Positions 24,892 to 35,367 of a stretch of DNA of 64,000 bases are shown piece after piece. Each line of letters starts with the position of its first letter. The stretch's first letter is position 1. The notes under the pieces are model-generated. The model searched no databases. It was not told where the DNA came from and saw only the letters and a program-made list of their open reading frames with translations. Source of the stretch: Eutreptiella sp. 'Long Island Sound 2002' (lineage: Eukaryota > Protista > Euglenida); assembly GCA_964036045.1 (NCBI GenBank), contig OZ038378.1, positions 175,336,001 to 175,400,000 of the forward strand. Direction: 5' to 3'. The position numbers and the translations under genes are program-made.

Positions 24892-26390
24892 GGTCCAACG
24901 GTGTGCGAGTTCGTGCCACGGTGGCTGGGACAGCTGAAGATGGGCTATTTCACTTGGAGTACTACCAAGATGCGCTGAAGGTGGTGAATCGACAGTGCAA
25001 GATGGTGTCCATCTCTTTTGCCATCCCAAGTGCAGACTCGCCACCTCCGTGCCCTCACACTCCGCCGCCCGACACGGAGCCAAGTCCCCCCCCCCCCCCA
25101 CAGAAGCCCCAAGTCCTTCACCATTTCCGCATTTTGCATGATGTCTTATGTGGAGGGAAGGTAGCTTGCATTTGTCTTCAGCTGCGGTAGTTCGGGTGAC
25201 CTAAATTTAGGCCTTTGGAAGGGGTGGGCCTGGGGTCTCGTTGGGGGGAACCTAGTGTAAAAGTAGCGCGCAGTGCGTGCGCAGTGCAAGGGCTCCCCCT
25301 AGAAGAGGGGGAGAGGGGCGTGGGCCGAGATGGCGCTCTTTCTATCCTCGGATCCTCAGATTTCCCTCTCTGTATTTGCCCCATTTGCACTGCACCATGT
25401 GCCGGTCTGGGATTGACTACAACGTGTGCGCAACGCAGCTCCACACAACACCTTTGTGCTGGGGTATGTTGAACTCCACCTTTGGGGGGGGGGGGGGGGA
25501 TGGTGTCATTTTGTGCCACCAATTTCCGTACCAAGTATTTTGGAACAAAGCCCCATTGGCATGATTTGTGTAGGCATGGACGTCAGCCCAGGGCCTATTC
25601 CGAAGGCATCTTGTCACCACCTGCAACTAGGGGGGTTGGGGAACAGGCTCGTTGGAGATTGGCTGTGAACATCCACATTGAACACCCCTGTGGACTGATT
25701 GAACTGCGTACACATCCATGAGAAAGGTGGAACCCCCAGAACAGCAGATTGGCCCATCCCCACACACCACTGCTTTCCCAATGGTCAGCAACCTTTTTTT
25801 GTCACCACTGCTGATCTCCTCTACAGCTGCATGATCAAGCACAGCCTTCTCTCCCCCCCGTGCTTGCCCAGGCAACAGGCCCTGGCATGGCTGCAGGTCA
25901 CATTGCTGTCAGGGATGGAGAGCAGAGCCCATGTGTGAGCTGTGCAAAGGCATATGGAGAGAAAACAACCACTCCTCATGACCGTAGAGCGACGCTCAAG
26001 GCATACCATTCAGGATGTTGCTGGGCTGGCACCTGACATGGTGTGGTGGTGCAACTGAAAGGCACAGGCATACCCCATTTTCCTGTTGCTGGGTTACCAT
26101 CAGTCATCAGCCTCACGGGCACCTGCACGGTGCGTCAGCATACGGTGTCATGAGTGTTTCGCATCCCTCTGATCCCCGCCCCCCCAGTGAAGAATGCTTC
26201 TTGGTGTCCCCCACTCCTGGCCCACCAGTTGATCTGAGTGATTTGGCCAGTTACTACCATTCAACTGTCTGATGCAGAAGGGTGCCCTGGTTGTCTGTTG
26301 TATTTTTTCACTGATTTATGGTATTGTCATTGTCACAAGATTCTTGCAACAATCCTGAGCCTGAATGAGCAGTGCCTGTTCATTTTGTAT

Positions 26391-26393
<3 letters not shown>

Positions 26394-26441
<48 letters not shown>
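26394..26441. repeat. (CT)n microsatellite, followed by degenerate about 30-bp tandem units and GGTGGCATG-rich repeats to about 26930
   Basis: Direct reading of the sequence. Confidence 0.8.
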
Positions 26442-26444
<3 letters not shown>

Positions 26445-28984
26445 GGCTGGGTGTGCTGACCCACCACAACATACCCCATCCCACCCCAAGGTAGCCCAAG
26501 CCACCCCATCCCACTGCAAGGTACCCCAAGCCACCACAATCCACCTCAAAGTACCTGTGGGGGGGGGGTGGAGGGTCTACATGCTGCCTGCCAGTTTCCC
26601 TTGGTGTTGCTTGCATGTACAATGCATGCACTGGGCACCCCAGAAGTGGAGAGGGTGGAGGGCATGGATGGTAGCACGTGAATTGGCTCGCTGGTGGCAT
26701 GTTTGAGGGCATGTAGGGTGGTGTGTACAGTGGCACATAGCATGTTGGTCGTGTATGGTGGCATGTTGGTTGGTATGTCAGGCGGCATAAGGTAGTATGC
26801 ACAGTGGCACCTATGGTGGCACTTGCAGTGGTAGGGTGGCATGCAGTGGTTTGCACAGGTGGCATGTAGGCTAGCAAGTTGGGTGGCATGCACGGTGGTG
26901 CGTGACTTGGCATGTTGGTGGCATGTAGGTGGACCTTAGGGGGCGCACTTAGCGCAGTGCTCACGCAATGCAAGCGCCGTGCAACTATTTGGGTGTGTGG
27001 CCGTACTAGAGACCTATACTTTGTGATACTAGGGGGGCATCATTGTTGTTTGAGAGTAGGTTTTGATTTTTCTTCCACATTGGGGGTATGGCATTTTTGG
27101 ATTTTCACCTAGTTTCACCCATTTCCACCCTTTTTCACACTTTTTTGCTCATTTCCACCACATCCACTCTTTCCTAGGTTGATTTCTCCCCACCATGGGA
27201 CCTCGAAAAGGCAGAGGTGATGTATCCATGTTGTTTCCCCCCCATCATGGGGAACCCGAGCAGGCACGGCTGATGTCGAACCTTAGTATCATGATCAAGG
27301 CCGAGGGACAATCCGGCTGCTGTATCACGCCCAAGTACTATAATCGAAGGTAACCTCACGGGTTTGATCAACGCCAAGGATCCTTCGTGCTAGCCAAGAC
27401 AAGACGTACCATGCCGTTAGCCCGAGACGGTCGGCAGCGGGGCTATGCTAGACGGCCATGCCCAGCACCCTCGGGTCCATCGTCCCACCCCCATTTGTGG
27501 AAGATGGACCACCTCCCGACCCCACTGAAGGAGGTCTCCCAGGGTCGACAGTGGGACATGCCCCTAAGGCAGGGGTGACATAAGAGCGTTTGGAAGGGGT
27601 GTGCTTGGGGACTCTTCAAGGGCAACTTGGTCTAAAAAGTAGTGTGCAGTGCGCGCGCAGTGCAAGGGCTCCCCCTTAGGGTGGCATGTGGCGTATAGGG
27701 TGAGATGTAGGATTGCATTTGGGGTAGCATGTGAATATGAGGTGACTTGTCCTTAGTGTCCCTTGTGCTGCCTACACCACGGTATCACTGTGCACCATCG
27801 CCTCGTGTTCAGCCTCCGATGGAAAGTGGCCTTCCGCAATTTGTGGGTTTCCACATGGGAGGAGTGGAGCGACTATGCGACGGACTGGTGCACAAGGACC
27901 ACCAATGATGATCTTTACCATGCATCGTGCATTCGAATTCCACAATCCTTCCGTAACCGGCTGCCATCAAGATACGGTGCTCAGCTTTGGGAATGAGGGG
28001 GGGAACGAGGGGCATGGCCCCAATACCACGTCCTGCTTGGGGCCAACAAGCTCCGGGGACAGCCAACCATGCCGCCACACAACCCACAAGCGCTTGTTGC
28101 TGCCTTTGCGGGCATGCTAGCGTGGTATACCAAGCTACAACCACGTACAGTCCAACCCAATCCAACTAGCGCCGTCCTGCGCCAACAAGTGCAGTGCACC
28201 TAGACATATACCAAACAACATAAAGATACCGCGTCATGTGATTCAGGGGGGCACCGCACATAGTGCTGCGGCCATTGGGGTACTGCACCAAGGCATGGAT
28301 GGTGCGTACCTAGATGGCCGCCTTTAGGACTCCCCAAACTGCCCCACCGCATAGTAGGCATCATAGTATCTGGCCCGGCCCTGCATGGTTTCAACACTAC
28401 CGAGGAACCATGCTGTGGGACGCCCTCCGATTGGCATGGAGCCGAGCAAAGATTGCCTATAGCAACGGCATGCCTCCGTCATGGCCCTCACATGGGTGGC
28501 AAGGTGGTTCCAGCATGTGGTGCTGGTGCAACAATTCCAGGCGCACTTGGCGGAACGCTATTGTCTTAAGCGCAGTTTGTGCATAGTAGAATGCACCCGT
28601 CACGTGAGGCACTATCCCCCACAACAAAAGGTGTGCTAGTGGTGACCGGGTGTCCTTGGGAAACGAAGGGTTGTATGTTGACGACTAAGAGTCACCCGCC
28701 AAACATCGCATCATCATTACCTCATGCACTTTATTTGGGAGATTGCCATGCACAAAACTTCTGAGACCGTTTTTACTAATTAGGCAGCCTATGGTGTGGG
28801 GGTCACAGAGGGAATTCATACAGTGGCACGTCGTTTTGAAGGTTAGAAGGAATTGGGAACAACTATTTCTTCATCCGGACAGCCACTTCATCCATGAAAC
28901 ACGAAGTATGCCCTACCCCCCCTCCCCCCCACCGGTCCGTAGATGTTCCACCAATGGGCTGGTGATTCCGTGTCCCCTTTGCAG

Positions 28985-30433
28985 AGACCGAGAATGAGAT
29001 GTATGGGGTAATGGAACTTGTCAAGTCGGCTGCCCCTATTAAAATAAACTACGGACGTTGGAAAGAGAAGGATGGTGACAAGTTCCTGCCCTGGGAGTGT
29101 GTGGCTAAGTGTCCCTTATGGTCATTAGAGGACTACAAGGCATTTAGGCTTATGATGGGAAGGCCTATACGAGAACTGTCACTGGTGCCGCCAAGTTCGG
29201 AGAAGGTCACAACAATTCATCTGGGGACTCCGACTGATGATGATAGTGGTGGTACAGATCGTGTCGACAGTGAAGGGGCAGCACCTGACTCTGGTGAGGT
29301 GGTTGCCATAGGACCTAGGTGTAACTTGCGAAACCCCATGCATTGGCCCGTCTTTCGCCAAAAAACGACTAGGAACATTGTGCAGAACACTTTTTTTTTT
29401 ATTCTACCTATTTTCACCTTCCCGTGACAGGTTGGAGGCCACAACTCTGGTTCTGAAAAAGGGAGTACCATTGTGCTTCAGCAGTCATCCCTATCATCTC
29501 GTATGCACTTCTTTTTCGTTGGTAGATACGTATACGCCCTGTAACACAACCCCTCTGGTATGTGTCCCCTATTCAGATCGTCTATGAGGTTTAAGAAGGC
29601 TTTGCAGAAGTACATCCCTGGCTGTCAGCTACCCTCGTCAAGGGCTCTCCCCTGGTCATTACTGGTAGGAGCTCGGATTTGAAATGTGCCTTGGCCCAAT
29701 TGAAGGAATTGGATGGCACGGAGGGGTGGCAGTGGGTAACGCTAAGCATTTATGACATGGGTGGCAAGCATCCAGTCTATCGGTATGGTGAGCGCCAAGC
29801 AGTGATTGCGTCCCCCGAGCGTCTGAAGACGAAAGTACCCAACTATTTGGCTGTTGATCAGTCCGAATATGCATCGATGTGCACGCTCCCCTTGGCTGTA
29901 AGGGCCTGTGATACATTCGGTATCCTGACCCCGGTTGTTCCAGCTGAAGAGGAGGGGGGGGGGTCAGGAACCTTGGATCCTGTATGTGGGTTGCCTGCCC
30001 AGCTCATGACCACCCTCCCTGTGACATGCAATGTCGGTTGTGCCTTCGTTGGTCTTATGGCAGATTTCTACACATTCATTGAAGGTGTCCGCACCCATAT
30101 GCAGGATTTAGATGCACTTTTCGTCGTAAACTGGGAAGCATGGAGAAAACAATGGTTTAGCGGTTGCCTGTTGAAATGTGTGTGGTCCCCCTTGCAGATC
30201 AGGAGGCCGACGAGGCTAGTGGTGAGGATGAGGCACCACCCGTTACCCACACCCCCAACAAAAAAAGGAAAGCAGATGCACCCGCCACACCTGTAGCCCT
30301 TGCCCCTACACCCAAGAAAGCCCCTACTAAGAACAAAAAGGGTACCACGGCTGCACAAGGTACACTGGAGTCTTTTAGCAGTAGGGTGAGGACAGCCTCT
30401 GGTCTCCCCAAGTCGGGTGGCAAGAAAGGGTGA
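28985..30433 (+). pseudogene. Degenerate multi-exon gene of unknown family (possibly a transposon accessory gene) with a basic NLS-like C-terminus
   Basis: Protein-like ORF pieces 28999-29318, 29431-29500, about 29679-29980 and about 30196-30433 (KKRKAD...KKAPTKNKK); GT-AG-like boundaries at 29318/29431 and 29500; a stop or frameshift near 29590-29660 prevents a clean model. Confidence 0.3.
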
Positions 30434-30971
30434 TTTGTTTGTTGCACTGCATGCGTAGTTTGAATGTTATGATTTCTCGCTTCAGCGCCTTCTATTTCCT
30501 TTGATTGCTTTCCTCCCAAAGGCAAGATACTTGGTTGTTGCATACCCGTGTCCATAGACATCGGTCTGTGTCCCCTCTCTGACTATACTGGGATATACAA
30601 CTGGGTATCGGTCAAAGCATATGCCCCTGTTGTGCCTGTTGGTGTATTGCCTGTGCTAAACTTGTGCTCTTGAGGATGCAGATATACACCCCTAAATCCG
30701 GGGGGAGGGGGAAACAACGTTCTGCAGCAGAACGCTTTTTTTCAGAACCATCATTTTTTGCCTTCTGTTTTAATGACATGTGCATGCCCTTTTCAGACCC
30801 TGGATTTCATGCCCGCTTCTAGGTTTGCATATTCACGGAGAACTGTAGTTCCGAAGGAATGGAAGTTCCGCCCGGAGTGCGTGTGTGTGTGCCCGATTGA
30901 CTCCACTGGGGGCGTCTCCCTCCCTGTTGTAGATAAGTTTTTCTGTGACTGAGGTGCACTGCTCTAGTGCC

Positions 30972-32276
30972 ATGTCTGACCTGCAAAACGCTTCTGGTAG
31001 ATCATCGTCTGCAACAGCGCGGGTGGGGCGCGGGGGCCGCCAGTCGAAAGGCCCAAAGCGCCCGGCTGCTCCACAGGAGTGGGAGTGGGAAAAGCTGGTT
31101 GCGGACGACAAGCAGACCCTGGATACCGCCTGGTGCATGCTCCTGGACACGCCAGGCCTGGCTAAGGACGTACCAGTAGAAAGCCGCACGCCTGTCCTGG
31201 ACTGCGGCTTCACTTGCTGGAACTCTTCGTTGACGCTGACGACTACACGCTGCGCGGTGTTGTTTCGGCGCCTGCTGGGCGTGCCCATGGTCAGCTCGGA
31301 GTTCGTGACGTACAGGGACGCGTTTCGGTTCGCCCTCTCGGTGCACTGGGACGTCGACGTCGCCAAATACGACCTGACCCCCGAGCAGTCCCAGGCAGCT
31401 TTCGCTTTCGTGGACCTGCTGGTGGCAGATCTCACATACGGGCGTGCTGGGCTCACCTCTGGGGAGGAGGCCACGGCGGGGCGGGCGTCAGCTCCAGCGC
31501 CGGGGAATCTTGCGGACGCCGACGACCCCTCTGAAGGAGAACGTCCCGGCCACGCGGATGGCGAGCTTGAGGAGCCCGACAAGTATGCGATGACCAAGCA
31601 AAATATCCGGGCTGTACGGAAACAAGCTGGGGCGTCGCGCTGGGCAATCAGACTGGGGCGACTGCTTGAGAACATCATCATGGACACTGACGACCGCGAA
31701 AGTAACGGCGCTGGCATGGACGTCGACGGCTGGCGGAGCCAAGCAGCCACGGAGCCAGCGAACGGAGGAGGCAAGCTCGAAGTCGCGATGGAGGTGTGGT
31801 CTGTGCTGCTCCGCACGGAGGAAGGGGCACAAAAGCTTCTCAAGGACAAGCACCGCGAGGCAAAAGCCCGCCGCAAGCGCAAGGCCAAGCGGGCGGAAAA
31901 GCGCGAACGCAAGGCCAAAGACAAAGGGCGTGGGGGCGCGAAAGGCAAAAGGTCGTATTCTTCCTCGGAGTCCTCGTCGGCATCCTCGGACTTCTCCGAT
32001 AGCTCCTCCGACGACGGTGGGCGCGCGGCGCGCAAGTCATCCAGCTCATCGACGTCACCGGACTACCAGAAGGTGTTTGAAAGCACACAGCACGCCCCTG
32101 GGGCGCCGGCTTTCGTGTGGATCAAAGGGGAGCCACACTTCAGGAGTCGAAACTCAGGGGACCTGGTGAACTGCGCGCGACAGCCAAAAACCCCCTGCCG
32201 CATCTGCGGCCACTGCCACTGGTACTGGCAGGGGGGGGCATACAGCTGCCGCGGGCAGTACGCGAAAAAGCACTGA
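30972..32276 (+). CDS. Gag-like ORF1 of the YR retrotransposon
   Basis: ATG begins at the last base of repeat A1; Lys/Arg-rich coil, Ser-rich tract and C-terminal zinc-knuckle-like CRICGHCHW...C motif; positional homology to DIRS-order ORF1. Confidence 0.75.
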   Translation: MSDLQNASGRSSSATARVGRGGRQSKGPKRPAAPQEWEWEKLVADDKQTLDTAWCMLLDTPGLAKDVPVESRTPVLDCGFTCWNSSLTLTTTRCAVLFRRLLGVPMVSSEFVTYRDAFRFALSVHWDVDVAKYDLTPEQSQAAFAFVDLLVADLTYGRAGLTSGEEATAGRASAPAPGNLADADDPSEGERPGHADGELEEPDKYAMTKQNIRAVRKQAGASRWAIRLGRLLENIIMDTDDRESNGAGMDVDGWRSQAATEPANGGGKLEVAMEVWSVLLRTEEGAQKLLKDKHREAKARRKRKAKRAEKRERKAKDKGRGGAKGKRSYSSSESSSASSDFSDSSSDDGGRAARKSSSSSTSPDYQKVFESTQHAPGAPAFVWIKGEPHFRSRNSGDLVNCARQPKTPCRICGHCHWYWQGGAYSCRGQYAKKH

Positions 32277-33584
32277 CTCGGCGATGGGCGGAGGGGCTCT
32301 GACTCAGACTCCCCGATCTGCCCCCGCTGCCCTCGTCCAGAGGGCCCTGCCGCGCATCCGACCGACGGACAGTCAACGCCCTGCGGGTGTGGGGTTGGCG
32401 GCGCTGCCGGGGCAGTTGTTGCAAGTGATCGAGGAATCGGCGTACGGACTGCAGATGCCATCGCCCTCTCGGAGGCCATCACACGGTACCGGGGGGCGGC
32501 CGCTGCCGACTTCGCCACCACCTACGACAGCACAGCTCTCTACGGATTCGCGAAAGACACAATAGACAGCTATGGAGATGCGCTGCGACGCCTCGCCGTC
32601 ACCGTCAGGCGATAGCCGGGTGCCAGCGCCCGGGAATGCCTGCAAGACCACATGCTTGGCCTCATCCGCACCACGGAATCGGACAGTGGCCCCCGAAAAC
32701 TTCTCGCAGCGGTCAGGGTACTGGAGAAGTTCAAGTGGATCCAGCCCATCGTCTGCCCAATGGACTGGAAACTGGTCGAAGCCGTCGCCTCTTTCCATGA
32801 AAAGCGCCGGGGAGCCTCGTACAAATTCTGGGCGTCCATGCGAGCGTTCCGCAGCCTCTGCGAGCTCGCCTCCGCACCACACGAATGGGAAGTGGTGGCG
32901 CTGGCGGCACTCAGCATCGCATTTGGCCTCCGGGCAAAGGAAGCCGTCACCGCTTACTATGATGGATCCACCGTCCGCTGGCAAGGGGCAAAGGGGCGCA
33001 GTGGACCATGCGAAGAGGTGCCAGGCCCCTGGACAGCCTTGTGGGCGCAGCGCCTCTGGGACCTCCGTGCGCGCCACGGTTACCACCCAGAGCGCCCGGC
33101 ATGGCACAGTACTCGGTAGAGCCTGCACAAAGCTCTCAAAGACCTCGTCAATCGCCCGAACTCGGGCTGCTCGCTACTCCGCTGGCATGGCTGGCGGCGC
33201 TTCGGGAGCGCGCAGCTCCGCTGCTTGGGCGCCCCCACGGACACGCAATTGCGCTGGGGGGGCTGGGCGACGCCGGCAATGCTCCGCATTTACGCGTACC
33301 CCACGCACACGTGGGAGTTCGTTCGTGGGGGGCCGCTCATCATCCCCTCACAACAGGCGGAGACACTTGGCTGGCAGGAGCAGACGGGAACCACGTATCA
33401 GATCTGGTCACCATGGGTCCGGGCTGACCTCACCCGGGCGCAATCGGCCCCACGCCGCCCAACGCTACAGGGTCCTCCACGACCCGACGGGGAGGTTACG
33501 GGCACACCACCGATGCGGAAAAAGCGAGTTCGTACAACATCGAGCGGCACAGCAGGAGCACACGGAGCTGCGACCGCAAATTGA
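32277..33584 (+). pseudogene. Tyrosine recombinase (integrase), in frame with gag, interrupted by TAG at 32613 and 33117
   Basis: Catalytic set visible across one frame: FGLRAKE (R), GAKG (K), WHGWRR (HxxR), WGGW (W), RIYAYP (Y); N-terminal AKDTIDSYGDALRRL resembles the xxTxxxY start of the core-binding domain. No frameshift. Confidence 0.8.
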
Positions 33585-35367
33585 GTTGCTGGCGCGCAAA
33601 GTGTCGAGCCTGGACGGTATACGTTGGGGGCGCCGGGAGATGGTCCGCACGGCGCTCGTTGACATGTACTTGGCGCTGCTAAACATCGATGGAGGTGCGG
33701 CGGCAGCTCCTCTTTTCCGAGATGTTCTAGAAGGCATAGCGGAAAGTGGCCTGTGCCGTCCAGACGACATGCTTTACGACGACGGTACTCCGCTGCCACC
33801 AAAGAACCAGTCCCAGAAGGTGCCCGAGCAGGTGGCAGCCAAGGGCTTGGGCCCAGCAGGACGCGTCAGCCTCGCGCGCAGCCTCTGGCGGAAATGTGTC
33901 CCGCGGGGGCTTCGGGCGATCTACCGTCGGTGTACCAAATCCTTCTCCTGCCGGGGGGCGGCACGCCACTCCAGCGCGACAGCCCCCCTTTCTCACATGT
34001 TTGAATCGGTTCACGCTGTCACGTGTGGCGCTAAGCCCACGTCGGCCCCTGTTTCTGCCAGCGCCTTTCTTAGACCTAAGTCTTCCGACAAGTGCAGGCT
34101 GCTCCTCAATGCCACTGCCATAAACGCTTATGATGAGCGTCCTCCTCCCAGGGTCAAGCTCCCTGCCCTCTCTGCTATCATGTCTCGCTTCCAGCACAGG
34201 CCCCCTGGGCCACTGTACATGTGTAAATTGGACTTGACCAATGCCTATTGGAGTATCATACTCCCAAGACGGTGGCGCCGCACATTTGTAGTTCAGGCAG
34301 GCCAGCGTCGGTGGCGCTTTACGCGCCTGCCATTTGGCTGGAAGTATTCTCCAGCAATCTGCCAGCGCCTCGTTTCTGGGATTGTGGCGCGTGCACTGCG
34401 CGGCACAAATGTTGACTGGGATGTCTACCTTGACGACATCCTCATCACCGCCACTAGTCCGGCGGCAGCCCGGGCAGGGGTGCAGCGTGTGGCTTCGGCT
34501 CTCCGTGATGCGGGGTTTATAATTAGCCCCAAAAGCGAGCTGGAGCCTTCAACCTGCATCACCTTCCTCGGCAAGCGGCTGGACTCTGTTAGGCGCTCTG
34601 TTTCCAACAGCGTGGACATGCTCAAGGCCACGCTGCGTTTGTGGCTGCAAGGGGTCGGCACGGGGCGCATGCCAGCGAGAGAGATGGCCCGCTTCCTGGG
34701 GCGATTACAGTGGGTCTTCAGACCAATGGGGGGGGCATCTGTTTTCCTGGCGGGGGCCTATAATGCCATGCTCCACCGCTCCCCATTTTTCAGCCGCACG
34801 CTGATCCGTGCCACTGGTACGGCTCTGCTCCTCTCCTTCCCGTCTCACGGTCTCAGTGACCCATCACATGTGCGTGTACATACTTTCTTCTCAGACGCAG
34901 CGCCCTGCGGACGGCGTTTCAGAATCGGGGTCGTTGGTTCCCCAGGTTTTTACAGATCCTACGTCTATCCCCGCTGGGTCCGCAGCCTGCAGCAGGCAGA
35001 GCTATATGGCGTATATGGAGCTCTAAAAGCTGCAGTAGGCTGCCAGTTGCGTTCTGTGGCTGTGGGTATCGACAATGAGGCGGTCCGAGTCCAGTCCGCC
35101 TCCCTACGGGCGTCCACTGACTGCCCTGTACAGCTGCGTCTGTTGCGACGCATCTTCTGGCTGCGGGCGTGGAGTGGCCTGCAACTGTCTGTTTTTCGAG
35201 TGCCTTCAGCGGTGAACCCCGCTGACCCTCTGAGCCGGAAGCATGAAATGCTTTCCCGGGCCTCCATGCTGAGCCTCTGCGAGCAGCGTCGGGTGGCCTG
35301 GGGGGAGTCAGACCTGCCGTTTGACCGCCTACGACAGTCCGTCCCCACTCCCAGGGTGGCTCCATGA
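32572..35367 (+). CDS. Reverse transcriptase / RNase H ORF (+1 frame; N-terminal third overlaps YR)
   Basis: KLDLTNAYW, RLPFGWKYSP, YLDD (34426-34437), ITFLG; RNase H residues in FFSDAA, QAELYG, GIDNEAV, NPADPLSR; uninterrupted 931-codon ORF. Confidence 0.92.
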   Translation: MEMRCDASPSPSGDSRVPAPGNACKTTCLASSAPRNRTVAPENFSQRSGYWRSSSGSSPSSAQWTGNWSKPSPLSMKSAGEPRTNSGRPCERSAASASSPPHHTNGKWWRWRHSASHLASGQRKPSPLTMMDPPSAGKGQRGAVDHAKRCQAPGQPCGRSASGTSVRATVTTQSARHGTVLGRACTKLSKTSSIARTRAARYSAGMAGGASGARSSAAWAPPRTRNCAGGAGRRRQCSAFTRTPRTRGSSFVGGRSSSPHNRRRHLAGRSRREPRIRSGHHGSGLTSPGRNRPHAAQRYRVLHDPTGRLRAHHRCGKSEFVQHRAAQQEHTELRPQIELLARKVSSLDGIRWGRREMVRTALVDMYLALLNIDGGAAAAPLFRDVLEGIAESGLCRPDDMLYDDGTPLPPKNQSQKVPEQVAAKGLGPAGRVSLARSLWRKCVPRGLRAIYRRCTKSFSCRGAARHSSATAPLSHMFESVHAVTCGAKPTSAPVSASAFLRPKSSDKCRLLLNATAINAYDERPPPRVKLPALSAIMSRFQHRPPGPLYMCKLDLTNAYWSIILPRRWRRTFVVQAGQRRWRFTRLPFGWKYSPAICQRLVSGIVARALRGTNVDWDVYLDDILITATSPAAARAGVQRVASALRDAGFIISPKSELEPSTCITFLGKRLDSVRRSVSNSVDMLKATLRLWLQGVGTGRMPAREMARFLGRLQWVFRPMGGASVFLAGAYNAMLHRSPFFSRTLIRATGTALLLSFPSHGLSDPSHVRVHTFFSDAAPCGRRFRIGVVGSPGFYRSYVYPRWVRSLQQAELYGVYGALKAAVGCQLRSVAVGIDNEAVRVQSASLRASTDCPVQLRLLRRIFWLRAWSGLQLSVFRVPSAVNPADPLSRKHEMLSRASMLSLCEQRRVAWGESDLPFDRLRQSVPTPRVAP

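Noticed and set aside
25480-25500. Long poly-G/poly-C runs (also about 46460, 47760, 57855, 61197, 63970) as G-quadruplex signals
   Set aside because: Homopolymers are common here, their lengths are error-prone in sequencing, and there is no consistent positional pattern.
30833-32035. 400-aa antisense ORF over gag
   Set aside because: A GC-rich antisense shadow of ORF1 with no recognisable motifs.
32563-33119. Genome-wide TAG-to-Gln reassignment or full RIP
   Set aside because: The RS-protein gene ends plausibly at TAG, no host exon needs an internal TAG, CpA remains abundant in the element, and differences between the duplicated segments are more often at CpG.
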